DNA of 29,803 nucleotides from positions 1 through 29,803 of IMG/VR virus record IMGVR_UViG_2571042390_000006; one strand, 5' to 3'. Of the stretch, positions 6,277 through 15,239 are shown one piece after another. The translations under genes and the position numbers were made by a program. The stretch's first letter is position 1. Each line of letters starts with the position of its first letter. Under the pieces are notes generated by a model. That model ran no database searches. It was not told the DNA's origin and saw nothing but the letters and a program-made list of their open reading frames with translations. The stretch is from a virus (taxonomy: Duplodnaviria; Heunggongvirae; Uroviricota; Caudoviricetes).

Positions 6277-9099
6277 ATGACGGCAGAGTACATCAGGGAC
6301 TGGCAACAACCGCGCCACGCAGTGGGGCGTGAAGGAACGGGGATCCCCGCTCCTGAATCCGCGCTTTCCTCCTGGCTGGATGCCTACCGGGCAGAGAACG
6401 AGCGCCGCCAGGAAATGGCTGATGCGGCGTTCTCCGCCACGCCGCTGGGCAACCTGATTAATAAAAGCCTGGACGCACAGGAAAAACAGGACAAAACCAT
6501 CACACTGGCAGGAGACGCCAGAAAACAGGCACGTGGCGCGGTGGATGAAGCCATGGCCTCGCTGCGCCTGCTGCCGTCCTATCTGCGCGATCCGCTTATT
6601 CGCCACCTCTCCTTCCTGCGCAAAAAACAGGAAGCCGATCGCCGGAAAGGCAAAAAGAGCTGGCAGGCTGAACGCTACGCGTGCGGAACCCTGCGCAAAA
6701 TATTCGAACGTCTGGACCGCACCGACCACCGCTGGCTGACACCGGGTTATCGCTCCCTTGCCGGACGCGAACGCCTGGATGATTTGCTTTACCTGCCGCA
6801 GCTCAACAAACACCAGATACAGACGCTGGCCACCATGACGGCGGCGATGTTCAGCAGCACCTTCGAAAAACTCTGCGATGGCTTTGGCGCGACTGATGGC
6901 GAGCTGACCATGGATGTAACGCTGAAGGCTTATCAGATGCTGGCCCGCATGGCGTTACACCTGCACGCCATGCCTCCACATTATGACGCACTGACAACAG
7001 ACAAAGACCGGAGGAACGAACCGGACACGGAGCTGCTGCCGGGCGCAATCCTTCGCCTGACCTGTGCGGAATGGTGGAAACGCAAACTGTGGCTGTTACG
7101 TTGTGAGTGGCGGGAAGAACAACTCCGCGCCGCCTGTCTGGTTTCCAGAAAAACATCCCCCTATCTGAGCCAGGACGCGTTAAGCGAGTTTCGCGCACAG
7201 CGCGAGAAAACACGCGATTTCCTGAAAAGTTTCATGCTGGAAAATGAAGACGGGTTCACGATTGATCTCGAGACGGTGTATTACGCGGGAGTAAGTAACC
7301 CGGTTCACCGTAAGGCAGAAATGATGGCCACCATGAAGGGACTGGAACTTCTGGCCGAAGCCCGTGGCGACAGAGCGGTGTTTCTGACCGTCACCTGCCC
7401 GTCAAAATACCACGCAACAACGGAGAACGGTCATCCGAACCCCAAATGGAACGGGGCCACCATGCGCGACTCCAGCGATTACCTGGTTAACACGTTTTTT
7501 GCGGCGGTCCGCAAAAAACTGAACCGCGACGGCCTGCGCTGGTATGGCATCCGCACGGTGGAGCCTCACCATGACGGCACTGTGCACTGGCATATGATGG
7601 TCTTTGCACATCCGGACGAGATTGAAACCATCGTGTCCCACGTCTGCGATATTGCCATTCAGGAGGACCGCCACGAGCTGGGCGATGACATAACTCCGCG
7701 TTTTAAGGCGGAGTATGTCGACGGCTCAAAAGGCACACCAACCAGCTACATCGCCACCTACATCGGAAAGAACCTGGACAGCCGCGCCGTGGATGGCATC
7801 GACCCGAAAACGGGCAAGCCACGCGTTGACCACGAAACCGGAAAATCAATGGCCGAGAGCGTGGAGCGCGCCATCGGCTGGGCGCGCCTTCACCGGGTCC
7901 GTCAGTTCCAGTTCTTTGGCATCCCCTCCCGTCAGGTGTGGCGTGAACTGCGCCGCCTTGCCAGCCAGATGGCACGCAATCCGGAAGGCCCGCAACGGCT
8001 GAAAGATGATGCAATGGATGCGGTACTCGCTGCCGCCGATGCCGGGTGTTTTGCCACCTACATTGAAAAACAGGGTGGCGTGCTTGTTCCACGCAAGGAC
8101 TACCTGATTCGCACCGCCTACGACCTCGCAGATGAGCTGAACGATTACGGCGAACAGAGCGTACAGATTTACGGGATCTGGTCACCACTCATCGGGGAAT
8201 CCTCCCGTGTGTGCACGCATCCGGATAACTGGAAGCTGGTAAGACGTAAACCAGAACCGGAAGACAACGCCCACGAAAATGGTTTTGACCTTCAGGGCGG
8301 CCCTGCCGCCCCTTGGACTCGTGGCAATAACTGTCCCCGTGTACAGGAAACGGACAACAACGGGACAGAACAGCCGGAAGAACGGCCAGCACTGTGGCCG
8401 CAGCTTCCTGACGGCGTTGATGTGGATGACTGGATGCGCTCACTGAAACGGCACGAACGCCGGGCGCTGATGCGTTCGCTGCGTGACAAACAGGCAAAAA
8501 ACAGCAGTGATGAAATGCAGAGCTGGACACAGAGCCGCAAACAGCAGCGGCCTTTGCCTGATAACCACGAATTACTCGCTAAAGAATGGCGGGAATCTGC
8601 CGAATCTCTCGGCCTGCATATCGGTGAACAGCAGATGCAGCACCTGTTACGGGGCGGCAGCCTGTACGTTGACGGCAGCATCATTGCACCGCAGGGATTT
8701 GAAATTGTACGCAAACCGGATACCCGCCCGGACAGCCGAATCACGCAGCTCTGGCAGCGCCTGAGCCGTAATCACGGCGTAAGCAGCACGGAGATCCGCC
8801 ATAACCCGGTCGCCGGCTATCTGGAACAACTAAGGGCATCAGACCATGAAGCCGCCGCACGCCTGGCATCCACACTTCAGCAAGACCAGAACACCATGAA
8901 AACACCCGTTACCGTACTTTCTGACATGCTGCGCGCCATCCGCGACGCAGAGCACGCACAGAGAATCAGTGAAACAACTGAACGCGCCCACCGCAAAGCA
9001 GACCTGCTGCGGGGTGGCCTGACCAGTGGAAACAAAAAACAGACAGAAACGGGATTCACAAATCCCGTAAATGAGCAAAAAACGCGCCGCGATATATGA
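6277..9099 (+). CDS. A: Replication initiation endonuclease (P2 gpA family, rolling-circle HUH nickase)
   Basis: 940-aa ORF with VEPHHDGTVHWHMMVF (HUH metal-binding) and YIATYIGKN (active-site Tyr) as in P2 A. Longer than P2 A as I recall it, suggesting a C-terminal extension. Confidence 0.88.
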   Translation: MTAEYIRDWQQPRHAVGREGTGIPAPESALSSWLDAYRAENERRQEMADAAFSATPLGNLINKSLDAQEKQDKTITLAGDARKQARGAVDEAMASLRLLPSYLRDPLIRHLSFLRKKQEADRRKGKKSWQAERYACGTLRKIFERLDRTDHRWLTPGYRSLAGRERLDDLLYLPQLNKHQIQTLATMTAAMFSSTFEKLCDGFGATDGELTMDVTLKAYQMLARMALHLHAMPPHYDALTTDKDRRNEPDTELLPGAILRLTCAEWWKRKLWLLRCEWREEQLRAACLVSRKTSPYLSQDALSEFRAQREKTRDFLKSFMLENEDGFTIDLETVYYAGVSNPVHRKAEMMATMKGLELLAEARGDRAVFLTVTCPSKYHATTENGHPNPKWNGATMRDSSDYLVNTFFAAVRKKLNRDGLRWYGIRTVEPHHDGTVHWHMMVFAHPDEIETIVSHVCDIAIQEDRHELGDDITPRFKAEYVDGSKGTPTSYIATYIGKNLDSRAVDGIDPKTGKPRVDHETGKSMAESVERAIGWARLHRVRQFQFFGIPSRQVWRELRRLASQMARNPEGPQRLKDDAMDAVLAAADAGCFATYIEKQGGVLVPRKDYLIRTAYDLADELNDYGEQSVQIYGIWSPLIGESSRVCTHPDNWKLVRRKPEPEDNAHENGFDLQGGPAAPWTRGNNCPRVQETDNNGTEQPEERPALWPQLPDGVDVDDWMRSLKRHERRALMRSLRDKQAKNSSDEMQSWTQSRKQQRPLPDNHELLAKEWRESAESLGLHIGEQQMQHLLRGGSLYVDGSIIAPQGFEIVRKPDTRPDSRITQLWQRLSRNHGVSSTEIRHNPVAGYLEQLRASDHEAAARLASTLQQDQNTMKTPVTVLSDMLRAIRDAEHAQRISETTERAHRKADLLRGGLTSGNKKQTETGFTNPVNEQKTRRDI

Positions 9100-9144
9100 A
9101 GCGCGCATAAAACAGGCAAAAACGGGATTTCAGAATCCCGTAAA
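9047..9144. repeat. Two copies of a 20-bp palindrome ACGGGATT-N4-AATCCCGT (candidate ParR operator / centromere-like site)
   Basis: Copy 1 at about 9049-9068 lies in the last codons of A; copy 2 at about 9122-9141 lies between A and parM. Centres are about 73 bp apart and each sits inside a roughly 38-bp direct repeat. Confidence 0.5.
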
Positions 9145-9175
9145 CGATTAATTAATCAACATAAGGAAAAGCGAC

Positions 9176-10135
9176 ATGAAAATTTGTATCGACGACGGCT
9201 CCACCAACATCAAGCTGGCATGGACTGAGAACGGCGAACGCCGCAACGCCATCAGCCCGAACAGCTTCAAGTCGGAATGGTCTGCGCCGTTCGGTGGCAC
9301 GCAGCCCGCGAACTACATGCTTGATGGCGTGCGCTATGGTTTTGATCCGGTCAGCGATCGCTTTGTCCAGACAACCGACACGCAATACCAGTACAGCGAT
9401 GTGAATGTCATTGCCATTCATCACGCGCTGGTCAAATCAGGCATCACGCCACAGGAGGTGGATGTGGTTGTCACCCTGCCACTGAGCGAGTATTTCGACA
9501 CAAACGCACAGCCGGACATGGCCAACATCAACCGCAAAAAAGCGAACGTTATGCGCCCGGTGGAGTACCAGAACGGCGAAGCATTCACTATCCGTAACGT
9601 ACGGGTTATGCCTGAATCCATTCCGGCTGGCTTTAAGGCACTGGCTGACATGAGTCCGTTTGAATCCCTGCTGATTGTGGATTTAGGCGGAACCACGCTG
9701 GATGTGGCAAAGGTTCAGGGACAACTGGCAGGTATCAGCCAGGTGTTTTGCGATCCACACGTAGGCGTTTCCCTGATGGCCGATGCCGTACTGTCGGTGA
9801 TGGCCACTAACGGTATGCGTACCAGTCACCACATCGCCAATACCATTATCGAACATCGCCATGATGAAGCCTGGCTGCGCCAGCACATCCACAATGACGC
9901 GCATTACGCCAGCCTGATGGCGGTTATTCGTGAAAAGGAAGAAACACTGAAACAACGCGTGATCCGCGCGCTGGCGGGTTTTTCGGGTTACGGGCGGGTG
10001 ATGGTTGTCGGTGGCGGGGCGGAGATTGTGGCACCCGCTATCCGCGAAGCCTGCGGAGTTAATGCGACTTTCATCGCGGACGGGGTGCCACAGTTTGCTC
10101 TGGTTAATGGGCTGTACGCAATGGACAAGGAGTAA
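9176..10135 (+). CDS. parM: ParM/StbA-family actin-like segregation ATPase
   Basis: 319 aa. N-terminus MKICIDDGSTNIKLAW and the motifs VMPESIPAG, DLGGTTLD and VVGGGAE align with plasmid R1 ParM as I recall it. AAGGA RBS. Confidence 0.82.
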   Translation: MKICIDDGSTNIKLAWTENGERRNAISPNSFKSEWSAPFGGTQPANYMLDGVRYGFDPVSDRFVQTTDTQYQYSDVNVIAIHHALVKSGITPQEVDVVVTLPLSEYFDTNAQPDMANINRKKANVMRPVEYQNGEAFTIRNVRVMPESIPAGFKALADMSPFESLLIVDLGGTTLDVAKVQGQLAGISQVFCDPHVGVSLMADAVLSVMATNGMRTSHHIANTIIEHRHDEAWLRQHIHNDAHYASLMAVIREKEETLKQRVIRALAGFSGYGRVMVVGGGAEIVAPAIREACGVNATFIADGVPQFALVNGLYAMDKE

Positions 10136-10139
10136 ACCA

Positions 10140-10451
10140 ATGACGACACCAACCAGACGGATAAGTTTCTATCTGAAGCCCGCCGCCGTCAAGAACGAAG
10201 GCGAAGCATGCGCCTGGCTGGACAGCCTTACACCAGAAGCCCGCAAAAGCGGCCAACGCGTGGCTTTTCTGGCCGGGCTGGCACTTCTGAAAATGAATCC
10301 GGCAGAGGCTTACCGACTGGCTGCATGGGCTGATGATGAGGCGTTATCAGTGACACAAACCAGGACAGAACGCCCCGCGTCACAGCCAGTATCAGCCGCA
10401 CAGATAACCAGTCAGATGGCCGGAAATATCCGGGCGTTATTTCCCGAATAA
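10140..10451 (+). CDS. parR: ParR-like centromere-binding adaptor (RHH)
   Basis: Internal ATG directly after the parM stop with an AAGGAG RBS. RRISFYLKP...WLDSLTPEARKSGQRVAFLAGLAL...NIRALFPE parallels R1 ParR (RRTIAFKLNP...TLDSIPQGERSRLNRAALTAGLAL...NILRSLFPKE). Confidence 0.7.
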   Translation: MTTPTRRISFYLKPAAVKNEGEACAWLDSLTPEARKSGQRVAFLAGLALLKMNPAEAYRLAAWADDEALSVTQTRTERPASQPVSAAQITSQMAGNIRALFPE

Positions 10452-10514
10452 CACAACATCAGGGCGCATCCGCCCTGATGACTTTAACCCGGGAGCATAA
10501 ACAAGGGGGACACA

Positions 10515-10847
10515 ATGCAACACATTGACAGAGAAAAAGCGCAGCGACTGATTGAGCGGATGGAAGCGCTGGCGAAAGAAGAAAATGTCAACATCCAAAA
10601 AATAGCTGAATGTGGCCAGATAGTTCTTCGTCGTGAAAAAGACCTCAAACAACTGATGTCTGGCGAAACCAGCAAAACATGGACTTCAGGCGAGAAGACG
10701 GTTTATTGCAGTTTCTGCAATAAATCCCAGTACGAAGTCACAAAGGTGATTGCCGGACCGTCTGTTTACATCTGCAATGAGTGCGTGGATTTGTGCAATG
10801 AAATTATCAGGAAAGAAGTGACAGACAAAAAGGAAAAAAACGCATGA
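10515..10847 (+). CDS. Stand-alone ClpX-type C4 zinc-binding-domain protein with N-terminal coiled coil
   Basis: 110 aa. C-terminal [38 protein letters not shown] is near-identical to the N-terminal zinc-binding domain of enterobacterial ClpX ([39 protein letters not shown], from memory). No AAA+ module. AAGGGGGA RBS. Confidence 0.75.
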   Translation: MQHIDREKAQRLIERMEALAKEENVNIQKIAECGQIVLRREKDLKQLMSGETSKTWTSGEKTVYCSFCNKSQYEVTKVIAGPSVYICNECVDLCNEIIRKEVTDKKEKNA

Positions 10848-11251
10848 ACAGAAAACAGAAACAAGAGTTGAAATACTTCTTACGTAAAGAAATTGCCAGG
10901 CTTGAAGATGCAGAGTCACAATCATCAGAAATTCCGTTCGGAATGGATATCAACGACGCCAGTATGCTTCAGGCATACCGTATAGCTCAGGCTGCACTAC
11001 AGACAAAACCGTTAAATAACATACATGAAAAGTATGATTATTTTACGGATACCGCTTGCTTGCTGACATCTGAAGAACAAAAGATAGCCCAACTTTTAGG
11101 CGACGCATGGAACCTGTATTTAACGTTGCCAGTTGAGCATCCAATGGGTAGAGATGAATTTTGCCGGGCAATTCATCATTGCCAAAATATGGTGTTGGCA
11201 CGCCCGGCCATCAGGGCGCTGGCCAGGAAGGGGCAAGGCTATAAAAGATAA
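10844..11251 (+). CDS. Hypothetical protein co-translated with the ClpX-ZBD-like gene
   Basis: 135-aa ORF with ATGA overlap to the upstream stop. Coiled-coil-like N-terminus. Followed by a strong terminator. Confidence 0.55.
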   Translation: MNRKQKQELKYFLRKEIARLEDAESQSSEIPFGMDINDASMLQAYRIAQAALQTKPLNNIHEKYDYFTDTACLLTSEEQKIAQLLGDAWNLYLTLPVEHPMGRDEFCRAIHHCQNMVLARPAIRALARKGQGYKR

Positions 11252-11255
11252 GTAA

Positions 11256-11282
11256 AACGCCCTCCTCCAGGGCGTTTATTTC
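11256..11282 (+). terminator. Rho-independent terminator
   Basis: AACGCCCT-CCTCC-AGGGCGTT stem-loop followed by TATTTC, a few nt after the 135-aa ORF stop. Confidence 0.65.
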
Positions 11283-11564
11283 AATGCACAATAGTGCACA
11301 AATTTGCACAATTTTTTTGAACGACTTTTTACCCTTCCGGCCCGCATGGCGGCTGGATCCGTCAAGGATCCGTGCGTGCACAAAAAAACGCGTTTTTTCT
11401 GCGCGCAGGTGACGGGGGAACAGCCCGCGTTTCAGGGGGTAAATAGCACTCCCTGAACGATGTCGCAGAGATACAACAGAATGGCTGTATTTCTCACGCT
11501 GAGCGTGAAAAAGACGTGAGGGCTTTTGATTTGATGGGGTGGCAGATAAGGCCGTCAAAATCGC

Positions 11565-11585
11565 ACTGAGGCGGCGAAAACATGC
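11565..11585. other. Candidate cos (cohesive-end) site
   Basis: GAGGCGGCGAAAACATGC resembles the P2/186 cohesive-end sequence as I recall it (GGCGAGGCGGGGAAAGCAC), about 150 bp beyond the 3' end of Q where cos lies in P2. Memory-based and approximate. Confidence 0.3.
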
Positions 11586-11684
11586 AGTCAGCGCAGTGGG
11601 ATTGCGTAAGAGTCTGACCGTCGATGATGGCAATAAGCAGGAAAGCGTCGTGAAATTATCTGATTGATACAGGAGCTGGAGAGT

Positions 11685-11709
11685 CGGGGCATAAATTTTT
11701 TATGCCCCG
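11685..11709 (-). terminator. Stem-loop downstream of Q (possible terminator)
   Basis: CGGGGCATAAA-TTT-TTTATGCCCCG perfect hairpin about 27 nt beyond the Q stop. No clean U-tract on either strand. Confidence 0.35.
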
Positions 11710-11735
11710 GCGAAGCAGCAGACAAGCGAAGCGCG

Positions 11736-12782
11736 TCAGGATGTGGGCTGGGTGTCTAACAGTGCGTAAGGGTTAAAGCGGATCACCTCTTCGCCAAGCC
11801 AGTCATTGATGTGCTTCATGGCCTCCATGACAGGCATCAGCTCGTTAATTGCGTAAACCCGCGCGGCCTTCTCCACATCACCAAACGCACTTTTTTCGCC
11901 CGGCATCGCCCCCATCAGTTGCGGCGGAACGCGGTGCGCAGCCAGCACATCATCACGGGATGCCGCCTTAACATTCATGAACTCATCTTTTGCGGTGATC
12001 TGCTGGAACGGCAAAATTTGCACCCCCTCTTTGCCCCCGTTGGGCGCATGAATGAGCACGTTTTTAAATGCACCACCACCACGCGCACCCTGTAACGTTT
12101 CTTTCAGGGAGTCCATGCTTTCGCGGTTTACCTGCGCTGCACCGATGTAGATGATGCACCCGGCGTGGGATCCGTTGTCGTAGTACAGTTTTCTGAACAT
12201 GTCCGCCGAATGAGAAAGGCTGGCCGAGAGTAATGCGCCAAGATATTCCGGCATGCCGTAGATTTCCTGGTTAATATCCGGATTCATCAGGTGGCACACT
12301 TTGCCAGGGCGAAACTGGAACGCGTCCTTGCCATCCTGCACATACCACCATGATTCAAGATCGCTTCCGCGTCGCATGTATTTCGCCAGGGCGTGCCGTA
12401 ATTTAAGCGGTTCGCCGAGCATATTGCTACGAAGCTCAAGGAATGCGTTACCGAACACAAACCAGTCCAGCGCCAGCGCCGAGAAATCCTGCCGGGAAAG
12501 CAGCGGGTGCGGGATGTAGCAACCGAGTAATACATTGCGCTTAAAGTAAAGCGCAGACTGATGCCAGGACGTTTGCCGGGCAGCTCTTGCCAGACCGTAC
12601 CAGTCCACCGGGGTTTCATACCACCGCCCGTTATCAGCACAGTACATATTATCCAGCAGGTCATGCCCGGTCAGGCGATAAGGACCATCAAATGTGAATG
12701 CACTGAGCGATGATTCTTTCCTGAGCGCATCAGCGAGATCAATGCGTGAACTCATGCGCACTTTTTTATTTTTTCTGCTCAT
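11736..12782 (-). CDS. Q: Portal (capsid portal vertex) protein, P2 gpQ family
   Basis: 348 aa. Size, position and overall sequence match P2 Q. Its start overlaps the P stop. Confidence 0.88.
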   Translation of the reverse strand: MSRKNKKVRMSSRIDLADALRKESSLSAFTFDGPYRLTGHDLLDNMYCADNGRWYETPVDWYGLARAARQTSWHQSALYFKRNVLLGCYIPHPLLSRQDFSALALDWFVFGNAFLELRSNMLGEPLKLRHALAKYMRRGSDLESWWYVQDGKDAFQFRPGKVCHLMNPDINQEIYGMPEYLGALLSASLSHSADMFRKLYYDNGSHAGCIIYIGAAQVNRESMDSLKETLQGARGGGAFKNVLIHAPNGGKEGVQILPFQQITAKDEFMNVKAASRDDVLAAHRVPPQLMGAMPGEKSAFGDVEKAARVYAINELMPVMEAMKHINDWLGEEVIRFNPYALLDTQPTS

Positions 12783-14485
12783 CAGAACTCCATAACCGTG
12801 AAACGCTCGTTTTCTCCTTCGCCGCCAATCGGTTCGTTAATGACAGCAAGCATGGTTGCCCACGCAAGGTCGCCGTGGCTGATCCCCCTCGCTCGGTCCG
12901 TTTCGTAAGTGATAAAGCCGCCCGGTGTTTTCACCTTACGCACGGCGTTAAAGGCCGCGACCAGCTCGCGTTCGGCGCGATCGTATTCCCACCGCCCGGC
13001 ACGCATTATTTGCAGCATTTTCAGTACCAGCGACCGTTTTGATGACAGCGTGAAGGTGTACGGAATAGCAGCAGGGAAAAACCGTTTCACTATCTGATAA
13101 ACAGCCTCCCCGTTCCCGCCCGTCACATCAATGCCGATGTGTTCCACGTTATAGCGACACGTGAACTCTTCAATGACTCTGGCCTGTTCTTCAAACTCCA
13201 GCCCCTGAACGCGTCGCGTCTCCACCGTTCGGAAACGGCCACCAGGAACAGCCGGAGGAACCACCACGGACACAGCACCGCTGTCGCCGTTGCCACTGCT
13301 GCCGTTTGCGTCATACCCAATCCATACCGGACGATTCCCCATCGGGCGGGGAGCAAAAGGTTTCCAGTCTTTCCAGTCGTCGTATCCGTCAACACCGCAG
13401 CCAATCAGGATATTCAGGTTAAATGCCGATTCCCCTTCGCGGACAAACTCACACATATAGAGATTGAGGAACTCGTCTTCGGTGTTTTCATCACGAATTT
13501 CGTCGATATCGGTGTGTTTCCAGCCGTGATTAACCACATCTTCCAGCGTGACAATTTGCCGCCAAGTCCGGTCAGGGCAGATAAGCCCGTTATGCAGCGT
13601 TTTCCAGTCCACAGAAAAACGCTGGCGTTTATGCGAGGCCTTTTTCTCGTTCCAGCGGTCGCCGTTCCAGTAGGCGTACGCCTCGTGCGTTTCGGTGGAT
13701 GGCGTGGAGAAGTAGGTGCGCCGCAGTCCGCTGAGGGTTGCCATAGCGCCAGCCACCTTGCGCAGTTCAGCAAAGCGACTGACCCAGAAAAATTCATCAA
13801 AATAAAAATTGCCCGTATAGGACTGTGCCGACGCAGCAGAAGTGCCGAGAAAATGCAGCTCTGCGCCGTTGGAGAGGATGATTTTATCGCCCCCTTTCAG
13901 CTCCACATCAACTTCAGCCGCGACCTTCTGAATAATGCTTTTAAACTGGAACGCCTGACGACGCGACGCAGACAAAAAAATCTGGTTACGCTGGTAAGGT
14001 TGCGCCACATCGTCACGCAGCGCCATCAGCAGAGCTTCCTGTGCAAAATACCAGGTCGCCCCAATCTGTCGGGATTTCAGGATCATCCTGTTACGTATCC
14101 CGGCTTCCCTGCAAAGTGTCAGGGAGTCAAACCAGCCCCGCTGATGCCACTCCAGCCTGCTGATGATTTTTTCCCGCAGTGCGGCAATCTGTTCCGGCGT
14201 GAAATGATTTTTAAGTTTTTTCGCCCGGCCTTTCTTTCCTGCGGCCATCACATCCGGCTGGCCATCATGCAGCTTTTTAAGCTGCCGGGTCAGCAGGTCT
14301 ATTTCCTTAAAGTCACCGCCTGTTTTATTCTGTTTTTCAGTAAGCTGGATGAGGCGCGCATCGATGGACTGCGTGACACGCTGCACGGGGGGCGTTTCAT
14401 CCCACTGGTCGCGTTTTTTCCACGCATAAATCGTGTTCGGGTTTATTCCCATCAGACGTGATATTTCTGCGGGCGGATACGACAC
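12782..14485 (-). CDS. P: Terminase large (ATPase) subunit, P2 gpP family
   Basis: 567 aa. Size and position match P2 P; sequence is characteristic of the family. The start appears to be GTG at 14483-14485. Confidence 0.88.
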   Translation of the reverse strand: MSYPPAEISRLMGINPNTIYAWKKRDQWDETPPVQRVTQSIDARLIQLTEKQNKTGGDFKEIDLLTRQLKKLHDGQPDVMAAGKKGRAKKLKNHFTPEQIAALREKIISRLEWHQRGWFDSLTLCREAGIRNRMILKSRQIGATWYFAQEALLMALRDDVAQPYQRNQIFLSASRRQAFQFKSIIQKVAAEVDVELKGGDKIILSNGAELHFLGTSAASAQSYTGNFYFDEFFWVSRFAELRKVAGAMATLSGLRRTYFSTPSTETHEAYAYWNGDRWNEKKASHKRQRFSVDWKTLHNGLICPDRTWRQIVTLEDVVNHGWKHTDIDEIRDENTEDEFLNLYMCEFVREGESAFNLNILIGCGVDGYDDWKDWKPFAPRPMGNRPVWIGYDANGSSGNGDSGAVSVVVPPAVPGGRFRTVETRRVQGLEFEEQARVIEEFTCRYNVEHIGIDVTGGNGEAVYQIVKRFFPAAIPYTFTLSSKRSLVLKMLQIMRAGRWEYDRAERELVAAFNAVRKVKTPGGFITYETDRARGISHGDLAWATMLAVINEPIGGEGENERFTVMEF

Positions 14486-15194
14486 GTTTATTTCATACCC
14501 GAAGCTTGATGCCTGGGCGGCTCACAGCGATTTTCAGTCGCGCATCAGCACACAGATTGCCCGGCAGGTGGCGCTTGACCGCATCATGATCGGCTTTAAC
14601 GGCACATCACACGCGGAAAAATCCAATTTCAGCACCAACAAGCTGCTTCAGGACGTTAACGTGGGCTGGCTGGAGCACATCAGAACCGATGCCAGTGAAC
14701 GCGTAATGAATGACGTGACGCTGACTTCCCGCAACATGGACAACACAGTGGCGCACGCGGGTAAGTATGCGAACGCTGATGCACTGGTACAGGACGCGCG
14801 CTCATCCCTGCTGGATGAATGGCACAAGGAAGCAGACGACCTCGTGGTGATTATGGGGCGCAACCTGTTTAACTCGCTGCGTCTGCCCGTGCTGAACAGC
14901 ATCAGCGGCCAGAATCCCAATGCGGAATTACTCGCCGGACAGCTCATCCTGTCATCGCGCACCATTGGTGGGCTGGATGTATTCCTTGCGCCGTTCTTCC
15001 CGGATGCAACGATGCTGATCACCTCATTCAACAACCTGTCAATTTACTGGCAGAGAGGCTCAATGCGTCGCCTGATGAAAGACGAGCCGGAATACAACCG
15101 CATCGCCACCTACCAGTCCATCAATGACGCTTATGTCGTTGAAGACTATGGCAAGTGCGCGATGGTCACAGGCCTGAAGTTCGCCGACAGCTAA
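14486..15194 (+). pseudogene. N: Major capsid protein (P2 gpN family), 5'-truncated fragment
   Basis: Homology to the C-terminal two-thirds of P2-type major capsid protein begins immediately beside the P start codon (YPKLDAWAAHSDFQ...DYGKCAMVTGLKFADS). No scaffold gene and no P/O intergenic region are present. Confidence 0.65.
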
Positions 15195-15239
15195 TCAACT
15201 CACGGCGGGCATCATGCCCGCCTGTAACGGAGAGAAAGA

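Noticed and set aside
5740-6813. 357-aa minus-strand ORF
   Set aside because: Antisense to the 5905..6270 gene and to the start of A, which carries clear HUH nickase motifs. The composition is R/A/G-rich as expected for a shadow frame of GC-rich coding DNA.
6851-8764. Multiple 90-160 aa ORFs on both strands inside gene A
   Set aside because: All overlap the continuous, motif-supported A reading frame. Typical alternative-frame artefacts.
13139-14461. 440-aa plus-strand ORF
   Set aside because: Lies entirely antisense to terminase P, whose product has family-typical sequence. The plus-strand translation is low-complexity and R/P-rich with no domain-like pattern.
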